Below, in pieces: positions 24,420-31,173 of a stretch of DNA of 32,000 nucleotides; position 1 is the first letter of the stretch; every line of letters starts with the position of its first letter. A program made the position numbers and the translations under genes. The notes below the pieces were generated by a model. That model did no database searches. It saw only the letters and a program-made list of their open reading frames with translations, and was not told the DNA's origin. The stretch spans positions 1,050,001 to 1,082,000 of the forward strand of contig CP012986.1 in assembly GCA_001761425.1 (NCBI GenBank), given 5' to 3'. The DNA comes from Candidatus Saccharimonadota bacterium (GTDB lineage: Archaea; Nanohalarchaeota; Nanosalinia; Nanosalinales; Nanosalinaceae).

Positions 24420-25442
24420 CTAGACGAAGCTGTCCAGGCCTGACTGTCTTGACTCCAGGGCTTTTTCCAGGTCTTCAAGACCTGATTCTACTCTTTCCTC
24501 GGAGAAATCATGGTCAGTGACAAGGATTTCCTTTACTTTCTCGCTGTCCAGTTCTCCTTCTTCGTATTCCGGATCCATCACCGGCGGATTCTTGAAGAAT
24601 TCCAGGATCGCTTCTGGATCAGCCTGAGACTCCCACTCAACTTTCTCATCACCGATCAAGGCCTGAAAATTATCGTATTCTTTAACCAGTTTCAGCGCTG
24701 TCTTGGGGCCTATCCCATGGATTCCATCGGGGTTGAAGTCTGTTCCCATCAGGATGCCCATCCAGACAAGTTTCTCATGAGTTATCTCCAGGTCGCCAAC
24801 GACTTCTTCCAGAGTTATACGCTCCTGTGAAACTTCTTTCCTTCCGCCTCCAGAAGTCTTTCTTGTTTTCCGCGTGGTAAGGTTCCTGACCATCGTATCA
24901 GCACCGAACAAAAGACAGTCCCAGTCCTGAGAACCAACAGCATAAACTTCCCCCTGAGAGGCCATATAAGCTGCCTGAGCCTCTCCCTCACTCGGCGCCT
25001 GAACATAGGAGATACCCATCGCATCCAGAAGTCTCTTCGACTCCTCAATCATGTCCCCAGTCAGCTTTGAACTCTGGGTAGCCTTCGAATAGGCCTCAGA
25101 GATCTTTCCCTCTTCCTTCAGTTCCTTCCATTTCTCACGTGCCTCCTCACGCTTCTTCCTTCTCTTCGTCGTTTCCTTTTCCTTCAGTTCAGGTGCTTCA
25201 CCGTCAAAAACATATACAGGCCTGATATTATTCTCCAGAAGATTGATGTTGCGGTAGAAAAGGCCTGAAAGATGAGAAGTGATCTCTCCGGAAGAATCTT
25301 TCAAAGGCGTTCCATCTCTCTGCCGGATAATACTCAGGAACTGGTAGAGTGTATTCATCGCGTCGACAGCGACTTCTTTATCGTTTAAGTCTTCAAAGCT
25401 TATCTCTTCTGGCTCGACGAGTTCCCCAAGGTTTACTCCCAT
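24420..25442 (-). CDS. fen: flap endonuclease 1 (FEN-1)
   Basis: 'MGVNLGELV....DLNDKEVAVDAMNTLYQFLSIIRQRDGTPLKDSSGEITSHLSGLFYRNINLLENNIRPVYVFDGEAPELK' and 'GILMGTDFNP.GI.GIGPKTALKLV' match the family. C-terminal PIP-box-like 'QSGLDSFV'. Confidence 0.92.
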   Translation of the reverse strand: MGVNLGELVEPEEISFEDLNDKEVAVDAMNTLYQFLSIIRQRDGTPLKDSSGEITSHLSGLFYRNINLLENNIRPVYVFDGEAPELKEKETTKRRKKREEAREKWKELKEEGKISEAYSKATQSSKLTGDMIEESKRLLDAMGISYVQAPSEGEAQAAYMASQGEVYAVGSQDWDCLLFGADTMVRNLTTRKTRKTSGGGRKEVSQERITLEEVVGDLEITHEKLVWMGILMGTDFNPDGIHGIGPKTALKLVKEYDNFQALIGDEKVEWESQADPEAILEFFKNPPVMDPEYEEGELDSEKVKEILVTDHDFSEERVESGLEDLEKALESRQSGLDSFV

Positions 25443-25465
25443 ACAAAGTTGTTAAGGCCTTGAAA

Positions 25466-25473
25466 TGTTTAAA
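25466..25473 (-). promoter_or_regulatory. TATA box of the FEN-1 gene
   Basis: The minus strand reads TTTAAACA, 23 nt upstream of the ATG at 25442. Confidence 0.45.
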
Positions 25474-25563
25474 CCCGTTTACATACTGGGTAAAAATGAT
25501 TACTTTCTAGCCTGTGCTGCAGGACATTAAAAGATATTAGATTTCAGCACCTAGATAGACAGT

Positions 25564-25701
25564 ATGGAAGAGAAAATATGTGAATACTGTAAGGAGCGAA
25601 AGGCAACGACCAACTGCGATGTCTGCGGTACCATGGTCTGCTCCAGCTGCAAACTGGAACACGGATGCAAGGCCTGTAACGGCGGTGAGCTAAGTTTTTG
25701 A
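25564..25701 (+). CDS. 8-Cys zinc-finger micro-protein (45 aa), below the ORF-track cut-off
   Basis: MEEKICEYCKERKATTNCDVCGTMVCSSCKLEHGCKACNGGELSF has four CxxC pairs spaced C-x2-C-x7-C-x2-C-x4-C-x2-C-x5-C-x2-C. Its TGA (25699-25701) overlaps the TTG start of the sulfatase gene. Confidence 0.5.
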   Translation: MEEKICEYCKERKATTNCDVCGTMVCSSCKLEHGCKACNGGELSF

Positions 25702-27017
25702 AGACGATACTTATAGATATCGATAGTTTAAGGCCTGACCACCTGGGATGCTACGGCTATTTCAAAAATCTCAGTCCTGGTATTGACTCTCTAGCTGAAG
25801 ACGGCACTGTCTTTGAGAATGCCTATGCATGTGCCTCGCCTTCGCTTCCCTCACGTGCAGCGATGATCTCCGGCAGATGGCCTGAAAGCAACCAGGTGGT
25901 TACACACGGGCCTTCAGGTCAGACCATGAATTCTCCGTATAACTGGAGTTACGAGAGAAAAAACGACTGGGACGGAGACCTTAGAAACTGGTGGAACCTT
26001 CCAGAACTTTTCTTCCAGGAAGGAATTAAATCCTGCGGAATCTCATCTTTCGCCCGTTACCCAGTCCCCTGGCTCCTGAGAACATGGGACGAATTCATAC
26101 AGCCCAGATCCTCAATCGACCAGAGTACCCACGCCACCGTGGACGGAGAAAAAGTCCGAGAGAAGGCCTTAAACTGGCTTGAAGACAGTAGTGAAGGAGA
26201 TTTTTTCCTTTACATCCAGTTCTGGGATCCTCACGTACCGTGTATGAGAGAAGAAAAAGAGATCGAACAGATTGATGACCAGCTTCCAGAATACCTGAAA
26301 AACGTTGATTTAGAAACTGAAGGACAGAGATCAGCAGATAAAAAAGACATAAACGGGGAGAAGGATCTGAAGAGGATGGTTCAGGAGTACGATGCCGAGA
26401 TAAGACATGTAGACAAACAGATAGAGGCCATAACCAGTTTCCTGAAGAGAAAAGGCCTTTACGAGGAAACAAACATAATATTGACCGGTGATCACGGCGA
26501 GGAACTTGGAGAGAAAGGAGTGGTTCGCGAACACTGGAGTAGCTTTGAGGGAACACAGAGAATACCGTTGATAGTCAAATCAACCGGGGAGGATCCAGAC
26601 AGAGTAGAAGATAGAGTTTCGAACATAGATATAGCACCGACAGTCGCCGACCTACATAACCTGGAGAAACCCGGAAAATGGTCTGGAAAATCTCTGAGGA
26701 AGAGAATAGAAAATTCTGACTGGGAGAAAACCATTCTTACAATGCACGGTCTTTATACAGTACAGAGAGCCTTAATCGGAGAACGCTACAAGTACATAAG
26801 AACACTTCACCCCGGTATCAGGCCTGATCTTCCAGAGGAACAGCTCTTCGATCTGGAAAAAGATCCTTACGAAACCAAGGATATTTCAAATAAGAGAGAA
26901 GGCCTTCTCAAAGATTTCAGGACTCTTATGGATGAAAAAGTTGATGAAAGAAGTAGTGAGGACCCTGTCTCCGCTCTGGGAGAGGAAGGGCCTTATGGAT
27001 GGAAGTGGAACCGCTAG
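25698..27017 (+). CDS. sulfatase-family (alkaline phosphatase superfamily) enzyme, no signal peptide
   Basis: 'ILIDIDSLRPDHLGCYGY' is the metal-binding N-terminus. 'SPSLPSRAAMISGRW' matches the [CS]-x-P-x-R...G-R formylglycine signature with Ser at the modified position. 'ILTGDHGEELGEKG' is also present. TTG 25698 is the only start after the in-frame stop at 25686. Confidence 0.85.
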   Translation: MKTILIDIDSLRPDHLGCYGYFKNLSPGIDSLAEDGTVFENAYACASPSLPSRAAMISGRWPESNQVVTHGPSGQTMNSPYNWSYERKNDWDGDLRNWWNLPELFFQEGIKSCGISSFARYPVPWLLRTWDEFIQPRSSIDQSTHATVDGEKVREKALNWLEDSSEGDFFLYIQFWDPHVPCMREEKEIEQIDDQLPEYLKNVDLETEGQRSADKKDINGEKDLKRMVQEYDAEIRHVDKQIEAITSFLKRKGLYEETNIILTGDHGEELGEKGVVREHWSSFEGTQRIPLIVKSTGEDPDRVEDRVSNIDIAPTVADLHNLEKPGKWSGKSLRKRIENSDWEKTILTMHGLYTVQRALIGERYKYIRTLHPGIRPDLPEEQLFDLEKDPYETKDISNKREGLLKDFRTLMDEKVDERSSEDPVSALGEEGPYGWKWNR

Positions 27018-27268
27018 AGTTTGTCGAAATGTTCGAGTTCGACGCTCTGTACGTTTTCCAAGTCCTGGAGTTTTTCTTCTACGGCGTCTGTTCCTCCTTC
27101 CTCATCTGTTGTGATGCATGAGAACTTGACTGCTTTGAGGCCGAAGGCAACGTTCTCTTCACCCATATCCTGTACGTCCAGTTTCTCTTCAATCTGTTCT
27201 TTGATGCTTTCCAAGTCTGTTTCAGAGTCTTCCGGCATTACTTTGTATACACAAGAAATTTCTCCCAT
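27014..27268 (-). CDS. ef1b: translation elongation factor aEF-1 beta
   Basis: 84 aa. 'VYKVMPEDSETDLESIKEQIEEKL......ENVAFGLKAVKFSCITTDEEGGTDAVEEKLQDLENVQSVE' fits the aEF-1beta family pattern. GGTGA lies 9 nt upstream. Confidence 0.85.
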   Translation of the reverse strand: MGEISCVYKVMPEDSETDLESIKEQIEEKLDVQDMGEENVAFGLKAVKFSCITTDEEGGTDAVEEKLQDLENVQSVELEHFDKL

Positions 27269-27431
27269 ATTTTAGTTCACCTTGAGAAATGATGAGAAAA
27301 TAAAATTTAAAACGTGGTAGGCGGGTCCCACTCCTTTTTTTACTGAAGGCCTAGCTTCTTCTTGATCTTATCGATTAATTCCATGATTCAACTCACTTCA
27401 TCTTCCCAGTTCTCTCGATTGGTTAAAAAGT

Positions 27432-27596
27432 CTATGGGCCTTCAAAACCGCATTCCGGACATTCATAGTCGTTAGACAGTTTCTTACACCTGTCACAACG
27501 GGCGATCGATGTCTCGCAGTCCGGACAGTTGAAAATCACGAAGGTATCCGCAGCATCAAGGTTTCTACCGCAACTTGTACATTCTTCTACTTCCAT
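27432..27596 (-). CDS. Zn-ribbon protein (COG2888/DUF1610-like) usually found next to aEF-1beta; below the ORF-track cut-off
   Basis: MEVEECTSCGRNLDAADTFVIFNCPDCETSIARCDRCKKLSNDYECPECGFEGP (54 aa) has four CxxC pairs. Pairing of this gene with aEF-1beta is conserved in archaea. Confidence 0.65.
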   Translation of the reverse strand: MEVEECTSCGRNLDAADTFVIFNCPDCETSIARCDRCKKLSNDYECPECGFEGP

Positions 27597-27617
27597 AAAC
27601 AGTTTTCCAGCTACAAG

Positions 27618-27626
27618 AAATAAAAA
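27618..27626 (-). promoter_or_regulatory. TATA box of the Zn-ribbon/aEF-1beta unit
   Basis: The minus strand reads TTTTTATTT, 21 nt upstream of the ATG at 27596. Confidence 0.4.
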
Positions 27627-27649
27627 CCATTCCCAGCAGCGATAACCAA

Positions 27650-27657
27650 TTTTTAAA
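27650..27657 (+). promoter_or_regulatory. TATA box of tRNA-Arg
   Basis: TTTTTAAA ends 26 nt upstream of the mature tRNA 5' end (27684). Confidence 0.55.
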
Positions 27658-27683
27658 GCTCACCAAGAACTTTCCCCTTTACA

Positions 27684-27755
27684 GCCCGCATGGTCTAGTG
27701 GAAAGACGGCACCCTGCGGAGGTGCAGATCCTGGGTTCGAATCCCAGTGCGGGCG
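27684..27755 (+). tRNA. tRNA-Arg (anticodon GCG)
   Basis: Hand-folded cloverleaf. Acceptor GCCCGCA/TGCGGGC. D arm GTCT-AGTGGAA-AGAC. Anticodon arm GCACC-CTGCGGA-GGTGC (anticodon GCG). Variable loop AGATC. T arm CTGGG-TTCGAAT-CCCAG. Discriminator G. CCA is not encoded. A T5 tract follows at 27764-27768. Confidence 0.9.
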
Positions 27756-27763
27756 AGACACTC

Positions 27764-27768
27764 TTTTT
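27764..27768 (+). terminator. oligo-T tract after tRNA-Arg
   Basis: CTCTTTTTAG lies 6 nt after the discriminator base. Confidence 0.45.
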
Positions 27769-27801
27769 AGATTTAACTTACAGGCCTTTCTTAGAAGTGC
27801 T

Positions 27802-28191
27802 ATGGATAGACGTGAAGCTCTTGGTATTATAGGTTCTGCTTCTGCTGGTTTTCTGGGTCTGAAAGGCCTTTTACCTGATGACTGGTCGGATGAGGTTGTC
27901 CTGAATACTGATTACGATCGCATGGAGGTTGGTAACGCTGTCTATGTCACAGCTTACACTGAATCCGGCGAAGAACTGACTGTCGAGTACCAGGGACCTG
28001 AAATGAGTTCCTGGGAAACTGTTGATTCTGTTGAGGATTCAGGTGAGAAGGCCTTGAGTTATGGTTTCCATGAGGAAGTCGATGGGCCAGGAGATTATCA
28101 TTTCCGTGGCACTGTCTACGGGGAAGGCCTCGAAGCGATGTCTGATGAGGAAGTTGTGGAGTTTGTAGATGAGATTAAGCCAGGCCTCTAG
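27802..28191 (+). CDS. small secreted acidic protein with a Tat-like signal (129 aa)
   Basis: 'MDRREALGIIGSASAGFLGL' has a twin arginine and a hydrophobic core. An AT-rich element (ATTTAACT, 27771-27778) lies 23 nt upstream of the ATG. Confidence 0.6.
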   Translation: MDRREALGIIGSASAGFLGLKGLLPDDWSDEVVLNTDYDRMEVGNAVYVTAYTESGEELTVEYQGPEMSSWETVDSVEDSGEKALSYGFHEEVDGPGDYHFRGTVYGEGLEAMSDEEVVEFVDEIKPGL

Positions 28192-28200
28192 AAACAACTA

Positions 28201-28208
28201 TTTAATTT
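28201..28208 (+). promoter_or_regulatory. TATA-like element upstream of 28230
   Basis: TTTAATTT lies 21 nt upstream of ATG 28230. Confidence 0.4.
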
Positions 28209-28229
28209 TTACCACCGTAATGCAACAAC

Positions 28230-28772
28230 ATGAGTTTAGGCGGTTATCTGGAGAAGGTCGATAACGGGGAGGATATCACAGTTACAGATATGTTCCGTGA
28301 TGGCGAGTACCAGGCTATCGTGGAGACTGTGGAGTACGGAAGCTTCCGTGGTGCCGACCTCGAGATCGACAGAGACGATGCCGATGACTTCATGAGTTCT
28401 GGAGGCCTTTCCGGCGTCAGAAATCTTCTGGAATCCGGTATTTCCGGTTTCTGGGACAGCAATTACGACAGAGGGTTCAGGAAAGGCAAGGAAGCCCTTG
28501 AGGATGAAGATGACAATGACTTGATGTCGCAGAAGGCCCGGAAGAAGGATTCGAAAGCGAAGTGGGCAGATGTTGGATTCACAGGCGGTACAGGCCTTGG
28601 AGCACTGGGTCTTTCAGCAGGTTCTGTAGAACTTATGGCCGGAGGAGCAGGCCTTGGAATTTTATCAGGCTACAAGAGCGCAGGATACCAGGGAATGAGA
28701 GACGCCGAGATGAAAGAAGCTGCAGAAGGCCTTGAATCAGCTTACGGCGGATACAAACTTTCTATCAACTAA
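28230..28772 (+). CDS. acidic protein with a C-terminal glycine-zipper (Gly-zipper_2TM-like) hairpin
   Basis: 180 aa with no signal peptide. The C-terminal 'GFTGGTGLGALGLSAGSVELMAGGAGLGILSGY' has repeated small-xxx-small spacing. Confidence 0.6.
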   Translation: MSLGGYLEKVDNGEDITVTDMFRDGEYQAIVETVEYGSFRGADLEIDRDDADDFMSSGGLSGVRNLLESGISGFWDSNYDRGFRKGKEALEDEDDNDLMSQKARKKDSKAKWADVGFTGGTGLGALGLSAGSVELMAGGAGLGILSGYKSAGYQGMRDAEMKEAAEGLESAYGGYKLSIN

Positions 28773-28791
28773 TTTCAGAGAATTCTTATAC

Positions 28792-29166
28792 ATGGAGAAC
28801 CTACTACGAACTGTGAAGACCGAAAAAATCAGTTTCAAAAATAAAGAGTACAGCGTCGAGGTCGCAGATAATTTTTTCACCCGTGCTAAAGGTCTCTCTC
28901 TAAGGAGCGAGGGGAAGATGCTGTTCAAGTTTTCTCGAAACTCCTCTGCGAAGATCGATATGATGCTTCTGTCCAGGCCTCTCTACCTCTATTTCATGGA
29001 CCCTGATGGAAAGATAATTGACGTTCAAGAGGCAGAACCATGGAGCTTTGATCCACGAACCTGGAGACTTTACAGCCCGGGAAGGCCTTACAGATATCTT
29101 CTTGAAAGTTTTGAGGAACTGGATCTGGAGGAAGGCGACTCTGTACAGTTTTCCGGAGCTGAATGA
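28792..29166 (+). CDS. DUF192 (COG1430) family protein
   Basis: 'VEVADNFFTRAKGLSLRS...MLFKF......IDMMLLSRPLYLYFMDPDGKIIDV......P......YLLESF......EGDSVQF' fits the DUF192 pattern. ATG 28792 is preferred over the track start at 28732, which overlaps the previous gene by 41 nt. Confidence 0.7.
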   Translation: MENLLRTVKTEKISFKNKEYSVEVADNFFTRAKGLSLRSEGKMLFKFSRNSSAKIDMMLLSRPLYLYFMDPDGKIIDVQEAEPWSFDPRTWRLYSPGRPYRYLLESFEELDLEEGDSVQFSGAE

Positions 29167-29207
29167 TTTTTGAGGCCTTTCCGTTTTCAGGTTCCAGGTT
29201 TTTCTGC

Positions 29208-29214
29208 TTTATAA
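29208..29214 (+). promoter_or_regulatory. TATA box of the NMD3-like gene
   Basis: TTTATAA lies 23 nt upstream of ATG 29238. Confidence 0.5.
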
Positions 29215-29237
29215 GTTTTTGATCCGATCTTTCTATT

Positions 29238-29921
29238 ATGGAACTTTCAAAATTTTGTCCTCGGTGCGGTAAGGAGACTGATGAGCTTTTCGGGGATAAG
29301 AAACAGTTGTGTGCTGACTGTTATCCGGATAAGCATGATTTGCTGGAGATCCCAGATAAAGTCGAGATCAATGTGTGCAGTGTCTGTGGCCGTATGAGGA
29401 AACAGGGTGACTGGATCGAGGAGTATACTGTTCAGGACCAGCTTGGTGCGAAGTTCGCCGAGTTTTCGGAACCCGATGTCGACATGGAGCTTCAGTTCTG
29501 GGAAGATGAAGAGGAGCAGATGTGGGTCCGTGTCCATGCGTTCAAGAAAGATATGAGTGACAGTTACGATACCCGGGTCGTATTCGAGCAGCAGCAGTGT
29601 GAGGACTGTGCACGTTTCAACGGCAGTTTCTTCAAGGTGAAGTTACAGCTCAGAGGAGAAAAAGATCTTGAAAACATCGCCGACCAGATAGCTGACAAAG
29701 CTGCGGAAATCACAAACAGAGACAGGACAAGTTTCCTGGCGAACATTGAGAAAAACGATCACGGTATTGACTTCTTCATGTCGACCGAGAAGATGGCGAA
29801 AGAGATCCTCAACATGATCAAGTCTACAAGGAACCCTGAAGTCCAGAGAAGTTACGAACTTGTAGGCGAGGAAAACGGAGAAAAAGTATACAGGAACGTC
29901 ATCTCTGTCAGACTGGAATAA
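29238..29921 (+). CDS. NMD3-family (ribosomal large-subunit biogenesis/export factor homolog) protein
   Basis: The N-terminal Cys clusters 'FCPRCG....LCADC....(I)NVCSVCGRMRKQGDW' match the NMD3 N-terminal zinc-binding domain. 227 aa. Confidence 0.7.
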   Translation: MELSKFCPRCGKETDELFGDKKQLCADCYPDKHDLLEIPDKVEINVCSVCGRMRKQGDWIEEYTVQDQLGAKFAEFSEPDVDMELQFWEDEEEQMWVRVHAFKKDMSDSYDTRVVFEQQQCEDCARFNGSFFKVKLQLRGEKDLENIADQIADKAAEITNRDRTSFLANIEKNDHGIDFFMSTEKMAKEILNMIKSTRNPEVQRSYELVGEENGEKVYRNVISVRLE

Positions 29922-29968
29922 AACACCCCCGGTTCCAGCAAACAATTTAAATAGAGAGGCAGAACGTT

Positions 29969-30280
29969 ATGATACGAATTATGGATTTACAACTCTTGAT
30001 ACTTGGACTTACAGGCGGAGGCCTACTGGCACTGTTTTACGGCTTTTTCACGGCCTTCGAATTCAGAAACACGCTTGGGAAAGGTAAACTGGCAGAGGCC
30101 TGGGACAAACTGATAGGAATGATCGCCCTTTTCATACTGGGATACATAGCATTCGCCGCACAGATAATAAGCAGCAAGCAGTTCCTCGACCCCAAGCTGA
30201 TCAGCGCACTAATATTCTTCGCAGGAGCAATCTTCGTCGCAGCAGTCGCAAAACTGAACTATGACGTATACAAGGTGTAA
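29969..30280 (+). CDS. small membrane protein (three TM helices)
   Basis: Hydrophobic helices (LLILGLTGGGLLALFYGFF; IGMIALFILGYIAFAAQII; LISALIFFAGAIFVAAVA). ATG 29981 is an alternative start, given AATTTAAATA at ~29946-29955. Confidence 0.55.
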   Translation: MIRIMDLQLLILGLTGGGLLALFYGFFTAFEFRNTLGKGKLAEAWDKLIGMIALFILGYIAFAAQIISSKQFLDPKLISALIFFAGAIFVAAVAKLNYDVYKV

Positions 30281-30289
30281 AGAAAGAAA

Positions 30290-30757
30290 ATGACTTTATC
30301 CAAAGGCCTAAGAAAAAGACTTGATACACAGGGATTCCTAGACGTTGAAACCAAAAGTACAGCACGCTGGCTGAAATTCTCCCCACTGATGTGCGCTATA
30401 GGTTTTGCACTGGGAACATATCTGCAGAGCCCTGCCCTGCTATTCACAATGGCACTTTTCGCCGTAGCAGGCCTTTCATTCCACCATACTCCTTTTGACT
30501 GGCTTTACCTTTACGCCGTAAAGCCTGTGATCAATGGACCAGAACTTCCCAAGAGGCCTGCACCCGCGAGATTCGCCTGCTTCGTAGCTGTTGTCTGGGG
30601 TTCAGTCACTGCTTCAGCCTTCCTCATCGAATACAACACGATAGCCACGGTACTCGGTATCGCTTTGACCGGCGCGGCGACCTTGATGGGCACAGTTAAC
30701 TACTGCATAGCCTCCAGGTTCTGGAGAATAATTTACGGATGGCCCGACCAAGAATGA
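30290..30757 (+). CDS. membrane protein, possibly DUF4395-like
   Basis: Four hydrophobic segments. 'PKRPAPARFACFVAVVWG' and the C-terminal 'NYCIASRFW' resemble the DUF4395 layout from memory. Weak call. Confidence 0.45.
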   Translation: MTLSKGLRKRLDTQGFLDVETKSTARWLKFSPLMCAIGFALGTYLQSPALLFTMALFAVAGLSFHHTPFDWLYLYAVKPVINGPELPKRPAPARFACFVAVVWGSVTASAFLIEYNTIATVLGIALTGAATLMGTVNYCIASRFWRIIYGWPDQE

Positions 30758-30776
30758 TGGACAAAGAATCAAGGAG

Positions 30777-30784
30777 TTTAAAAA
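30777..30784 (+). promoter_or_regulatory. TATA box of aIF-1A
   Basis: TTTAAAAA lies 23 nt upstream of ATG 30808. Confidence 0.5.
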
Positions 30785-30807
30785 CTTCATCCGTCTAAAC
30801 CTTTCCT

Positions 30808-31122
30808 ATGAGCGAAGATAATGAAGAACAGGAAGTAGGAAGGGTAAGGAAGCCGAACAACGATGAAGTACTGGGCGTAGTCCTCAGAAAGGAAGGAGGC
30901 GGAAAATACCGTATCTACTGTACAGACGGCGAAGAAAGAATCTGCCGCATCCCAGGATCAAAGAAAAGAGGCCTATGGGTCAAAAGAGACAACGTAGTAC
31001 TCGTAGAACCATGGGACATCCAGGGCGACGAAAAAGGAGACATCGTCGAAAGCTACAGCAACGCAGAGACCCGCTGGCTTGAAGACCACGACTTCCTGGA
31101 CGAAATCAAGGAATTCCTGTAA
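30808..31122 (+). CDS. eif1a: translation initiation factor aIF-1A
   Basis: 'VRKPNNDEVLGVVLRKEGGGKYRIYCTDGEERICRIPGSKKRGLWVKRDNVVLVEPWDIQGDEKGDIVESY' matches the S1-like OB fold of aIF-1A/eIF1A. Confidence 0.9.
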   Translation: MSEDNEEQEVGRVRKPNNDEVLGVVLRKEGGGKYRIYCTDGEERICRIPGSKKRGLWVKRDNVVLVEPWDIQGDEKGDIVESYSNAETRWLEDHDFLDEIKEFL

Positions 31123-31173
31123 AAATTCTAAAGGCCTTCAAGTCCTCAAATCCACCATATTCTGCTCAAACGT

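Noticed and set aside
27289-27346. Possible C/D-box sRNA on the plus strand: ATGATGA (C box) at 27289-27295 and CTGA (D box) at 27343-27346, 58 nt overall.
   Set aside because: There are no internal D'/C' boxes and no terminal pairing. A T7 run just before the putative D box would terminate archaeal transcription. The ATGATGA lies in the aEF-1beta leader on the opposite strand, so this is likely chance.
27340-27384. 14-codon mini-ORF (MELIDKIKKKLGLQ) on the minus strand between the Zn-ribbon and aEF-1beta genes.
   Set aside because: It is too short to support from sequence alone, and it has no convincing SD and no resemblance to known tiny ribosomal proteins. It may be worth a look only if ribosome profiling exists.
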